The notes under the pieces: generated by a model
The model's input: the letters and a program-made list of their open reading frames with translations, nothing else
Database searches by the model: none
What the model was told of the DNA's origin: nothing
Translations under genes and position numbers: made by a program
Source: Acidobacteriaceae bacterium
Lineage (GTDB): Bacteria > Acidobacteriota > Terriglobia > Terriglobales > Acidobacteriaceae
Direction: 5' to 3'
NCBI GenBank assembly: GCA_030041955.1
Contig: JASIAO010000105.1
Coordinates: 1 to 62,806 of the forward strand
DNA length: 62,806 nucleotides
Shown here: piece by piece, positions 19,041-27,786 of the stretch
Numbering within the stretch: position 1 is the first letter of the stretch
Layout: each line of letters opens with the position of its first letter

Positions 19041-19244
19041 CATCTGTACCCAACAGATTCCACTTGCCTTGTGCCTCCCAATACCAGCCCCGGTTGCTGT
19101 CGTTGGCCAGGTGCATCCTGACCGCGCAGAGGTGCCTATGAAGGACCAATCTGCCGGCTAAGATGCCCGGCCGATTTTCAAGCCACGGCTGCAGATCTGG
19201 AGTATCTTTCCTACGGAATCTGGCGAAAGCCGGAGGAGTGATCC

Positions 19245-19868
19245 ATGGTCACGGCAGCCGATTTACGGCAGGGGATGGCGGTTCGGATTGATCAGCAGGT
19301 TTACCGAGTGATGGAGGTTGAGTCCAGGGCCGGTGCGGCCAAAATGGGCGGCACCGTGCGGGCGCGGCTCTCGAATGCCCGTAGTGAGCGCATCCGGGAT
19401 CAGCATTTCCGGCCCCAGGAGCGCCTGGAGGATGTGGAAGTTGAGCAGGGCAGGCTGGAGTTCCTGTACGGCGATGAAAGCACCTGCAAGTTTTTGAGAT
19501 TGGACTCGTTCGAACAGGTCGAATGTCCCTCAGCAGGCCTCGGCCTGGCGCAAAAGCTTCTGCCGCCCGGAACAGAAGTCTCCGCAGAATTTGTTGAGGG
19601 AGAGCTGATCAGCATCGATTTGCCGGATACCGTGGAGGCTCGAGTCATCAGCACCGCGCCGCCCGCACGCACGCAGCAGGACTCAGGCAGGAAAGAGGCG
19701 AAATTGGAAAATGGCCTCACCCTGCAGGTTCCGTTGTTCATTGCTCCCGATGAAATGGTGAGCGTCGATCTGAAGACCGGGCGGTACGTGGAAAGAGTTC
19801 GCGCACAGCACAGGAAGGGCGCGTTGAAGCTGTCTGATACACAGGACGGAAGGAGGGACCATGCTTGA
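19245..19868 (+). CDS. Elongation factor P family paralog (EF-P-like) with a divergent modification loop
   Basis: 207 aa with KOW-like domain I plus two OB domains (..LQVPLFIAPDEMVSVDLKTGRYVERV). The loop reads ESRAGAAKMGGTVRARL instead of the canonical KPGKGQA or SGRNAA types. There is a C-terminal extension of about 20 aa. Confidence 0.75.
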   Translation: MVTAADLRQGMAVRIDQQVYRVMEVESRAGAAKMGGTVRARLSNARSERIRDQHFRPQERLEDVEVEQGRLEFLYGDESTCKFLRLDSFEQVECPSAGLGLAQKLLPPGTEVSAEFVEGELISIDLPDTVEARVISTAPPARTQQDSGRKEAKLENGLTLQVPLFIAPDEMVSVDLKTGRYVERVRAQHRKGALKLSDTQDGRRDHA

Positions 19869-20346
19869 GTTGCTGAGCATGCGGATGGAAGTTCCCGAGG
19901 AGGCAAACATCATTGTCGGGCAGTCGCACTTCATCAAGACGGTGGAAGATCTCTACGAAGCGGTAGTGACGACGGCGCCTCAGGCGAAATTCGGCCTGGC
20001 GTTCAATGAAAGTTCAGGAGCGTGCCTGATCCGCTCAGAAGGAAACGATCCGGCTCTGCGAGAGACGGCAATCCGCAATGCGCAGGCCATGGCTGCCGGG
20101 CATGTCTTCGTTCTCATCATTCAGAATGCATATCCCATCAACATACTGCATGCGATACGCAATGTTCCGGAGGTGTGTTCCATCTTCTGCGCGACGGCGA
20201 ATCCCGTGGAGGTGATAGTGGCGAGAAGCGAACAGGGTCGTGGCGTGCTGGGCGTGATCGATGGAAGCTCACCGCTGGGCGTCGAGGGGGAAACGGAAGT
20301 GACGTGGCGGCATGATCTGCTGCGCAGGATCGGCTATAAGCGATAG
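19861..20346 (+). CDS. Adenosine-specific kinase family protein (Pfam Adenosine specific kinase)
   Basis: ANIIVGQSHFIKTVEDLYEAV...AYPINILHAIRNVPEVCSIFCATANPVEVIV...GRGVLGVIDG.SPLGVE...LLRRIGYK matches the family as I remember it. The start overlaps the EF-P-like stop by 8 nt. Confidence 0.7.
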   Translation: MLELLSMRMEVPEEANIIVGQSHFIKTVEDLYEAVVTTAPQAKFGLAFNESSGACLIRSEGNDPALRETAIRNAQAMAAGHVFVLIIQNAYPINILHAIRNVPEVCSIFCATANPVEVIVARSEQGRGVLGVIDGSSPLGVEGETEVTWRHDLLRRIGYKR

Positions 20347-20429
20347 CGGCGCGGAATGCCGAGAGTATCTGCGCCTGAATATCAATCCGGGCAATCACGG
20401 CTCGCTGGGCGGCCCACTCCAACCTCGCA

Positions 20430-21137
20430 TCAGCAGAATATCTCTGCTTCCATCTGAGCAGCGCGCGCAAACAGGACCTTGTTCTCGATGGAATAGAGAT
20501 TGAGAAGGGTCCGATGAAGGATTTCCAGCCGTTCGCTGAGATCGCGCCCCGGAGAGGCTGGTTCTGAAGGCGCGCTGAGACAACCGGCCCGCTGGCAAAT
20601 CATGTCGAGTTTTCGCAAATGCACGCGATGCTGGGTCGAGAGCGCATCGAGGGTTGCCCGAACCCGTTTGGGATAGCCGGGCCCGGGGCTTTCTCCTATA
20701 TAGGCCAGTTCCAGTTGGAGCAGGATCGGGAAGATGCTCTCTTCCTGGACCATACTCGCAGCGAGTTCACTGACAAATGACCGGAGGAGGTTGCTGACGA
20801 TTTTCCGTTCGCGGCGATCTTTGCCCTGCTGTTTCGCCGCCTCTGCCGAGAGGGCCTGCAATGGAAGCAGTTGTTCCCGAATTCCCGCATGCTGGTTTTG
20901 GAGAACGCGCTCGATGAGAAACTCGAAGCAGTACTGTTCCCAATCCGGTTGCGGGTCGAGCAACTTCCCGGAAACTACCCCGGACGACCGCACAGATCCT
21001 GCAGGTTGCCCATTTGCGCAGAAGGGTCTTCGCACGGTGCTCCGGGCCTCTGGCGAGGGCTGAGGTACACACTGAGGATTCAGCGCGGAAGACCGAACAG
21101 AGACTGGTTTGCGAAGATGGTGCTGGGTAATAGTCAT
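20430..21137 (-). CDS. Hypothetical protein
   Basis: 235-aa ORF downstream of, and co-oriented with, the Zn-ribbon gene. No family recognised. Confidence 0.45.
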   Translation of the reverse strand: MTITQHHLRKPVSVRSSALNPQCVPQPSPEARSTVRRPFCANGQPAGSVRSSGVVSGKLLDPQPDWEQYCFEFLIERVLQNQHAGIREQLLPLQALSAEAAKQQGKDRRERKIVSNLLRSFVSELAASMVQEESIFPILLQLELAYIGESPGPGYPKRVRATLDALSTQHRVHLRKLDMICQRAGCLSAPSEPASPGRDLSERLEILHRTLLNLYSIENKVLFARAAQMEAEIFC

Positions 21138-21202
21138 GGTCGCTTCTCCGGCGCCCGCTGCGAATCATCCACTACAAATGATGGCTGACGCAGCGGGGCC
21201 TG

Positions 21203-21487
21203 CTAACCTGCCTCGCCTGTGCCAGGCTGTCTCGTGCGATTCCGTCTGACGGAAGCTGAGTTCGGTTGATGTTGTGGCGTATGCTTGTCCGCGGCCGCGG
21301 AGGGGCGCAATTGCTGGCCGGGCGGTCTCCATGTTTCCACGACAAACTCTGGCGCGCATGTGCTGCACAGCCATATATACCGGCCCTGCCTGACACTGGC
21401 ATAGGCGAGCACTTCGTCGATCCACTGCAGACGCCCACTCCGCAGATAATCGGACTCTGCCTGACACTGAGGATTAGCACACCGCAT
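21203..21487 (-). CDS. Small CxxC...CxxC zinc-ribbon protein
   Basis: ATG at 21487 has AAGGAG upstream. MRCANPQCQAESDYLRSGRLQWIDE...YIWLCSTCAPEF is a short Cys4 family that I recall as common in Acidobacteria-type genomes. The raw ORF extends to 21613. Confidence 0.55.
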   Translation of the reverse strand: MRCANPQCQAESDYLRSGRLQWIDEVLAYASVRQGRYIWLCSTCAPEFVVETWRPPGQQLRPSAAADKHTPQHQPNSASVRRNRTRQPGTGEAG

Positions 21488-21746
21488 ATCGCTCTCCTTC
21501 GAGCCGCACGTCAACCCGCGTGAGTTGATTGTTGAGGTCGGTCGTTTGCAGCAAAGGGAGCAGCTCTTTGCCTTTGCAGCGGGGGAACAAAGGCAGAGCG
21601 CCGATACGAACATCGACGACCTCGTGGGCCCGGTTGAAACCAGAGAGTCGACGCTTTGCCTGAGCGTAAGGAAGGAAATGGCAAGTGCGGGACTACGAAA
21701 CGTTCCTGGGAGCTCTTCCAGTGTCTGCCCTTCTTGTCGGGCCGGA

Positions 21747-21762
21747 TGTGACGTGAATCACA
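21747..21762. promoter_or_regulatory. CRP/FNR-type palindrome TGTGA-CGTGAA-TCACA (site 1 of 5)
   Basis: Perfect TGTGA-N6-TCACA in the gap between the hyhL 3' end and the Zn-ribbon gene. It overlaps a second dyad GTGACG..CGTCAC. Confidence 0.45.
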
Positions 21763-21922
21763 TCGTCACAGCTTCCGGAAGCGGTGCTCTGAAAGCGTTC
21801 CCAGCGCATCGATGGAGTATTCAGCTTATGTCTGGTTCTGAATTTGTCAACATCATTTTTGAATTTTTCAGGGAAAAACAGGCGCCAGGGATGCGCACGG
21901 GGTGATTTGGCGCGGGTCCTGC

Positions 21923-23227
21923 TCACCGGCGGTTGATGCGCAGCCTGAGAGCGTGCACTGAGCACGAGATGCAGGGATCGTAGTTGCGAACCAGCTTCTC
22001 GCAGGCGTCGAGGATTTCCGCGTCTGTCCGGTCGAGGATGCCCGGAATCAGCAGGCGCAGGTCGTCTTCGATCCTGCGGCAGTTCTGCGCGGTGGGCGGA
22101 ACGATTCTGGCGCTCTGCACCAGTCCCTGATCGTCGATGCGATACCGGTGATAGAGCAGCCCCCGCGGCGCTTCAGTCGCAGCGCAGCCTTCGGCGGCGT
22201 GGACGGTGTAATCGAGCCGCGGCGGGTCCGGCTCGCGATAAGCGTCGATCACGCGCAGGCTGTCTTCGCAGGCCTGCACCATTTCCACGGCGCGGGCGAC
22301 GATTCCGGCATACGGATTGGAGCATGGCCATGAGACGCTGCTTTCGTCCGCGGCCTGGCGCGCCCCCGGCAGGAGGTGCTGATAATTCAGGTTGAGGCGC
22401 GAGAGCGGCCCAGCCAGATAACTCGATCCATGGTCGGCTCGCACGGAATGTAATGCCGTCGAATGCGCCACATGCTCTTCGAGAAACACCTGCTCGAATT
22501 CTCTGATGGAAAGGTCCAGGCCCCGGGATGAGACGATGCGGCCGTCACCCATGGCGTATTCGTGGGGATGGGCGAGCGCGACAAATTCGTACTCCGGGGT
22601 GAATTCCGGCAGGGTCAGAGAAGAGACGAGCCGAACGGTCTCGATGGATGCCTCGAGCGCCGACTCGACGTGCGGGCGCAGCTCCAGCACCTCGCTGCGG
22701 CGCGGAGCCTTCCAGAATCCGCCGATGCAGACTGAAAGCGGGTGTACGGCCCGGCCGCCGAGCAGAGTGGTCATTTCATTGCCGATTTTCTTCAGTTCCA
22801 GGCCGCGCCGCACCAACTCCGGCTTTTCGGCGGCCAAAGCAAGACCGCCTGACTTACCGAAGAAGTCGGGCAGCTGCAGCAGATAGATATGCAGCGCATG
22901 GCTCTCGATCCATTCCGCACAGAAGAGGAGACGGCGGAGAGCGCGGATCTCCGCCCCCGGAGCGATGCCGAGCGCCGATTCAATGGCCTGAACGGAGGTG
23001 AGCTGGTGAGCGATGGGACAGATGCCGCAAATGCGGGCGGTCATATCCGGGACTTCGCGGATCGAGCGCCCGCGCAGGAACGCCTCGAAGAACCGTGGCG
23101 GCTCATAGATGTCGAGCTTCAAATCGGCCAGCCGGCCGTCGCGCACATCGAGACGCAGACCTGCTTCACCCTCGATTCGGCTCATCAGGTCGAGACGGAT
23201 GGTTCGAACTCCGCTCGTGGTCGTCAT
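21923..23227 (-). CDS. hyhL: [NiFe]-hydrogenase large (alpha) subunit, group 3b (sulfhydrogenase/NADP-coupled) type
   Basis: 434 aa. The N-terminal RICGICPIAH and C-terminal DPCISCSVH Ni-Fe ligand motifs are present, with a short cleavable tail. ATGA overlap with the small-subunit gene. Confidence 0.88.
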   Translation of the reverse strand: MTTTSGVRTIRLDLMSRIEGEAGLRLDVRDGRLADLKLDIYEPPRFFEAFLRGRSIREVPDMTARICGICPIAHQLTSVQAIESALGIAPGAEIRALRRLLFCAEWIESHALHIYLLQLPDFFGKSGGLALAAEKPELVRRGLELKKIGNEMTTLLGGRAVHPLSVCIGGFWKAPRRSEVLELRPHVESALEASIETVRLVSSLTLPEFTPEYEFVALAHPHEYAMGDGRIVSSRGLDLSIREFEQVFLEEHVAHSTALHSVRADHGSSYLAGPLSRLNLNYQHLLPGARQAADESSVSWPCSNPYAGIVARAVEMVQACEDSLRVIDAYREPDPPRLDYTVHAAEGCAATEAPRGLLYHRYRIDDQGLVQSARIVPPTAQNCRRIEDDLRLLIPGILDRTDAEILDACEKLVRNYDPCISCSVHALRLRINRR

Positions 23228-24012
23228 AGCGGTGCTTTCTCCAGCTTCTCCGCGGCGGAACGGAACTCCTCGGACCCGCCTGCGAATCCGTTGAGTAGTC
23301 TCAGCGTTTCGGCCCGCGAAACGCCTCTGGCCATAAGGTTCTGACAGAGCGAATCCGGGTTGGCGCTCTCCATGGGTCCGTAACAGCCGAAGCAGCCACG
23401 ATGGAAGCTGGGACACAAAGCTCCGCATCCAGCCTGAGTGATGGGACCGAGACAGGCAACTCCGGCGGAGACCAGAACACAAACGGTTCCGCTGCGTTTG
23501 CACTCGACGCACACCGAATATCGGGGCAGCTCGGGGGCTCGACCGATCAGCAGCGCTGTGAGCACATCCAGCAACTGCCGCCGCGAGATCGGGCAGCCAC
23601 TGATGGCAAAATCCACCGTCACATGCGCTGCGACCGGCGTCGATTGGGCGAGGGTATGGATGTATGAGGGATTAGCGTAGATCGCCCGCGTATATTCCTC
23701 CACGTCCGCCGTGTTGCGCAGCGCCTGGATGCCGCCGGCATTCGCGCAGGCGCCGAGGGTGATCAGGGTCTGTGAGTTTCTGCGAATCTCGCGTAGGCGC
23801 TGCAGGTCGGTTTCGGTGGTAACCGACCCCTCCACCAGCGCCACATCGTAGGGTCCATCGAGATCTTGCGAAGTTGCCTCGGGGAAATAGCAGATCTCCA
23901 CCTGGTCCGCGATGTCGAGGAGCTCATCTTCGAGATTCAGCAACTGCAACTGGCAGCCGTCGCAGGAAGCGAGCTTAAAGATTGCCAGGCGCGGCTTTGC
24001 ATTCTCGGCCAT
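23224..24012 (-). CDS. hyhS: [NiFe]-hydrogenase small (delta) subunit, NuoB-like, no Tat signal
   Basis: MAENAKPRLAIFKLASCDGCQLQLL...LGACANAGGIQ. GGGAGGAG RBS. Cytoplasmic type. Confidence 0.85.
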   Translation of the reverse strand: MAENAKPRLAIFKLASCDGCQLQLLNLEDELLDIADQVEICYFPEATSQDLDGPYDVALVEGSVTTETDLQRLREIRRNSQTLITLGACANAGGIQALRNTADVEEYTRAIYANPSYIHTLAQSTPVAAHVTVDFAISGCPISRRQLLDVLTALLIGRAPELPRYSVCVECKRSGTVCVLVSAGVACLGPITQAGCGALCPSFHRGCFGCYGPMESANPDSLCQNLMARGVSRAETLRLLNGFAGGSEEFRSAAEKLEKAPL

Positions 24013-24869
24013 CAGAACTCCTCCCTTCCAAAGAACGGTTCGATTGCAGAGAAGCGAAACACAGGCCCCTGTTTGCAAATAAAGACCGGACCAAGCTGGC
24101 AATGTCCGCAAAAGCCGATGGCGCATTTCATGTTGCGTTCCATCGAAACGTAAATTGCCTCTTTGGGAATGCGCCGGGCCATGGCCTCATAGATTACGAA
24201 GCGCAACATGATCTCCGGGCCGCAGGAGAACACCAGCGTCCTGCGGTGGTCGAGCCGCGTCCGATAGAAGGCCATGGGGATGACGCCAACCTGACCCTTC
24301 CAGGTTTCGTCGGCGCGATCCACGCTGACGAACATCTCAATTCCGCCGTCTTGCCAGTTCTCGAATTCGCCTGTGTAGAGCAAGTCCTGAGGGGTGCGGC
24401 CGCCGTAGAGAACCAGCACGCGACCGAAGCGATCACGGTGGTGCAATGTTTCCAGGATGACCGGCCGGAGCGGCGCCAGGCCGATTCCACCGGCGACGAT
24501 CATCAGGTCCTTGCCTTCGGCCAGCTGCATCGGCCAGGGATTGCCGTATGGCCCGCGCAGCCCGACTACGTCTCCAATCTTCAGGCGCCCGATGGCACGC
24601 GTCACACTGCCGGCATAGCGAATGGTGTGCTCCATGACCCTGGGTGTGCCGGGATCGGAGCAGATAGAAATGGCGACTTCGCCGAACCCGGGCAGGCAGA
24701 TCATGTTGAACTGCCCGGCGGCGAAGCCGAGCGGCGCATCGGGATCGGTGTATTCGAGCGAGAACGTGGAAATGCCGTAGGCCTCCGGACGAATCGCACG
24801 TACAACCGCAGGGCGCGGCAGCATTGGATCCATCATCGTAACTGGCTCGACCATGGTTACCTGGCTCAT
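24012..24869 (-). CDS. hyhG: Hydrogenase gamma subunit: FAD/NAD(P)-binding oxidoreductase with C-terminal 2Fe-2S motif
   Basis: FNR-like fold (GQFNMI.., MIVAGGIGLAPL) and C-terminal CAIGFCGHCQLG. ATGA overlap with hyhB. Confidence 0.85.
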   Translation of the reverse strand: MSQVTMVEPVTMMDPMLPRPAVVRAIRPEAYGISTFSLEYTDPDAPLGFAAGQFNMICLPGFGEVAISICSDPGTPRVMEHTIRYAGSVTRAIGRLKIGDVVGLRGPYGNPWPMQLAEGKDLMIVAGGIGLAPLRPVILETLHHRDRFGRVLVLYGGRTPQDLLYTGEFENWQDGGIEMFVSVDRADETWKGQVGVIPMAFYRTRLDHRRTLVFSCGPEIMLRFVIYEAMARRIPKEAIYVSMERNMKCAIGFCGHCQLGPVFICKQGPVFRFSAIEPFFGREEF

Positions 24870-25993
24870 CGTGCCCCCGCTGTCCGGAGCCTGTTCAGCT
24901 CTTCGGTGATATCGATGCCCACGGGACACCACGCAATGCAGCGGCCGCATCCCACGCAGCCGGAACGCCCGAACTGGTCGATCCATGCCCCGAGCTTGTG
25001 GGTCATCCACTGGCGAAAGCGAGACTTGATGGTTGGCCGGCTGTTGCCGCCATGCACGTGGGAAAAGTCGAGAATGAAGCAGGAATCCCACACGCGCGTG
25101 CGCGTCGTGCGATTTCCGTTCAGATCGCTGTGGTCTTCGACGGTGGAACAGAAGCAGGTCGGGCAGACCAGCGTGCAGTTCGCGCAGGAAAGGCAACGTT
25201 CGGCGATTGTGTCCCAGTAAGGATGGTCGATTCTCTCGTAAAGCAACTGAGGCAGATCGCTGGTCGTCACCTGGCGCTGGATCAGGCGTTCGGTGCGCTG
25301 CGTGACCTGCGCGGCGCGGCCAAGGTCAAAGGCGCTGGCCGGTTGCCAGTCGATGCCCGCAAGAGCATTGGAGCCGGCCTCCGAGCCGATCTCCATTACA
25401 AATGAATCCGGAAGTTCCGTTAATGCGAGGTCGAATCCGGAGCGCACGTGCGGGCCCGTGCTCATGGACGTACAGAAGCAGGTCGACGCCGCAGTGCTGC
25501 AATTGACGGCAAGCATGAAAACCCTCTGGCGACGGTGCGCATAATGAGGATCGCCAATCGTTCCATTAACGAACACCTCATCCTGGAGGGCGATGGCATG
25601 CAGATCGCACGACTTCACCCCGATAAAGGCAAAGGGCGGCGAATCGTCTGACGCTGGAGTGAAGATCCAGCCGTCACCGTTTCTCCTCGCAGTCAGCAAA
25701 TCGGAGCGCGCCGGAAAGAGGTAACGCTTCCACGAATCGGGCCCGACCGTGCACGCAAAATAATCGGCAGAGTGCGTTGGCAGAAGTCGCGAATTTCCAG
25801 CTTTCTGGTCGAGCAACCGCCCGATCGGAAGCTCGGAAATCTTTTCGAGCGTGCCGAGAATCACGCTGCCATCGCGCACAGTCGGACCGATCAGGCGGAA
25901 GCCGCTGGCCCTCAGATTGTCCAGCACCTGCTGCAGCGTGGGTTTAGGGAAGATCACCGTTGCGGAAACCCGGGGCGTGGGAGAACCGGCCAT
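24866..25993 (-). CDS. hyhB: Hydrogenase beta subunit: 4Fe-4S dicluster protein
   Basis: CLSCANCTLVCPTCFC and CVGCGRCIAWCP ferredoxin motifs. First gene of the four-gene operon. Confidence 0.8.
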   Translation of the reverse strand: MAGSPTPRVSATVIFPKPTLQQVLDNLRASGFRLIGPTVRDGSVILGTLEKISELPIGRLLDQKAGNSRLLPTHSADYFACTVGPDSWKRYLFPARSDLLTARRNGDGWIFTPASDDSPPFAFIGVKSCDLHAIALQDEVFVNGTIGDPHYAHRRQRVFMLAVNCSTAASTCFCTSMSTGPHVRSGFDLALTELPDSFVMEIGSEAGSNALAGIDWQPASAFDLGRAAQVTQRTERLIQRQVTTSDLPQLLYERIDHPYWDTIAERCLSCANCTLVCPTCFCSTVEDHSDLNGNRTTRTRVWDSCFILDFSHVHGGNSRPTIKSRFRQWMTHKLGAWIDQFGRSGCVGCGRCIAWCPVGIDITEELNRLRTAGAR

Positions 25994-26213
25994 ACCGCCT
26001 CCTCAAGCTGCCAGGAGTGCCGTTGTGTCGAATCTCGCCCGGATTTACCCGGAAGGTTCGGCACGAAGGACAGGCCTTCGCTCACCCGCCGGTGAACAGG
26101 ACAAAAGAAATACCAGCCTCTTCGGCTTGGCTCACCAGTCACACAGGCGAGCGCGGGGTGAAGGTCACTTCCCTAAACCCGGGTAGATCATACGCCGGAT
26201 ACATAGCGAATCA

Positions 26214-26229
26214 AGTGATACAGGTCACT
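26214..26229. promoter_or_regulatory. CRP/FNR-type palindrome AGTGA-TACAGG-TCACT (site 2 of 5)
   Basis: The full dyad is AAGTGA-N6-TCACTT (26213-26230). It lies about 229 nt upstream of the hyhB ATG and about 94 nt upstream of the 26315 gene. AGGTCACTT also occurs at 26162-26170. Confidence 0.4.
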
Positions 26230-26314
26230 TTAGGGAACAAAAAAAAGCCGCTCCCCCCGGCCGCAGTGGCGTAATCTACTCCACCGGAGTTAGGTCTCCA
26301 AAGGGAGGAAAAGT

Positions 26315-26635
26315 ATGGAAGGACTCTGGATTGCCAACTTCACAGCAGGTCCGGCGCACGGGAGCGGTATCCTGGTCTTGCGCTCAGGAGAGCTCATCGG
26401 AGGAGACCCTGGTCACACATACAAAGGCAGTTGGCAGGAAGATGGTCCAAGCCTGAATGCCCGCGTACGTGTCGAGCCGTGGCCTCCGGAGGAAGCAAAG
26501 CAGGCCGACATCACAGAAGAGCCTTTTGGGATGACCCTCACAGGCTCCTGCACGGATAAAACTGCCACTCTATACGGTCATCCCGACGGCAAACCGGATC
26601 TGCTCATCACTGTCGAGATGAAACGAGCCGCCTGA
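26315..26635 (+). CDS. Small protein, possibly GrlR-like (lipocalin-fold) family
   Basis: Strong RBS AAGGGAGGAA. GSGILVLRSGELIGGDPGHTYKGSW resembles the G.G..VL..G...GGD....Y.G.Y pattern of GrlR-family proteins. The family call is tentative. Confidence 0.5.
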   Translation: MEGLWIANFTAGPAHGSGILVLRSGELIGGDPGHTYKGSWQEDGPSLNARVRVEPWPPEEAKQADITEEPFGMTLTGSCTDKTATLYGHPDGKPDLLITVEMKRAA

Positions 26636-26771
26636 TGCAGCCAGACAGAGGCGCGCTGCTGCCTATGGTGGCGCGCCCACCCAATCGGCATTCTGCATGC
26701 GATCGGGGAACATGCCTGGAGCGTGTACTAACTTCCGTGCGACGAAGTGCCTGCGTATCTGCCCCCGAACA

Positions 26772-27752
26772 TCAATCAAGACGCGTGAATTTCGCTGGGA
26801 CATTCTCGAAGTCGGAGCGTCCGAGGCCGCGTTCTTCCGCCAGCTTCAGCCACAGCAAGGAATCGCTCTCCAGGTTCCAGAAGGCTTTGGCTGCGTATGC
26901 GTCCAGAGCGACGGGGTCGGTGCCCGCGATCAGCGTCTTTTTCAGCGCGACATCCTCCGGGTTGCCCCCGGTGGGGCCATTCCGCAGCAGCACGCGGTAG
27001 CAGTCGATCAGAGTCAGACTGGGCAGCATGAAGGCAGCCAGATCGACGAGGCTTTGGTGAATCTGCTGATGCAGCCTGTTCCGCTGGCCGCCGAGGATGC
27101 CGTACCAGTTCTTAAAGCCGAGCGTGACGCCGGTTAGCCCGTGATGCTTGGCAATGGGGATGTTGATGAGCTTATCGGCCTCGAGGAATGGCTCGAAGAC
27201 GGGCCAGCTTTGCAGAACAACGCCGCCGAGATCGACTTCGCGGAAACGCGCGGGATCGGGAAGGATGACTTCGGCCCCTTCGACACTGGCCGCGGCCTGA
27301 ATGCCGGAGCGGCGAAAACAGCGCTCGGCTTCGTTGCAGCTCACGTCGGTGACAACCACGCGCCCGGCGCCGGCCTGCCGGCACTGGCGAACCACTTCGG
27401 CGACAATGTCGGGATTTGTATTGGCCGCCTGTTCCGGGGTGCGGTCCCAGGCGATGTTGGGCTTGAGAACAACAACGTCATTGCGCGCGATGAAGCGGCT
27501 GATGCCTCCGAGGTCGACGAAGGCCTGGCGAACCAGAGCGCGGGGATCGTCGCCCTGGACCACCACCATCTGAGGAAGCGCGACGCTGGCCGGAACCGTG
27601 TGATCGCGCTTCGCGTATGCGGCGGCGGTGGCAACGGGGCGCGTGCTGCGCTCCGCAAGCCAGAACGCCGCTCCAGCAGTAACCGCTCCTGCTCCGGCAA
27701 CACGCAAAATCTGCAGCATCGCTTCGCGTCGGGTAATGTGGGTATCGGACAT
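26772..27752 (-). CDS. DUF362 domain protein with Tat-type signal peptide
   Basis: ATG at 27752 gives MSDTHITRREAMLQILRVAGAGAVTAGAAFWLA. The DUF362 core follows (VVLKPNIAW...INIPIAKHH..TGVTLGFKNWYG). Confidence 0.75.
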   Translation of the reverse strand: MSDTHITRREAMLQILRVAGAGAVTAGAAFWLAERSTRPVATAAAYAKRDHTVPASVALPQMVVVQGDDPRALVRQAFVDLGGISRFIARNDVVVLKPNIAWDRTPEQAANTNPDIVAEVVRQCRQAGAGRVVVTDVSCNEAERCFRRSGIQAAASVEGAEVILPDPARFREVDLGGVVLQSWPVFEPFLEADKLINIPIAKHHGLTGVTLGFKNWYGILGGQRNRLHQQIHQSLVDLAAFMLPSLTLIDCYRVLLRNGPTGGNPEDVALKKTLIAGTDPVALDAYAAKAFWNLESDSLLWLKLAEERGLGRSDFENVPAKFTRLD

Positions 27753-27786
27753 ATTCTTCACCGTCCCTCTGGTGTTGTCCTGCTCT

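Noticed and set aside
19235-19249. GTGA-tccatgg-TCAC dyad overlapping the EF-P-like start codon
   Set aside because: The spacer is 7 nt rather than 6, and the dyad overlaps the start codon. I did not count it with the five N6 sites.
23982-25220. 412-aa + strand ORF across hyhG and hyhB, plus similar antisense ORFs at 2416-3831, 34031-35071, 45609-46874 and 36991-37785
   Set aside because: All of them overlap confidently assigned genes on the other strand and have low-complexity composition. They are treated as GC-driven open frames.
21923-25993. Uptake (group 1/2) hydrogenase
   Set aside because: The small subunit has no Tat signal and is the short NuoB-like type. The FNR-like and 4Fe-4S partner subunits indicate the cytosolic group 3b architecture.
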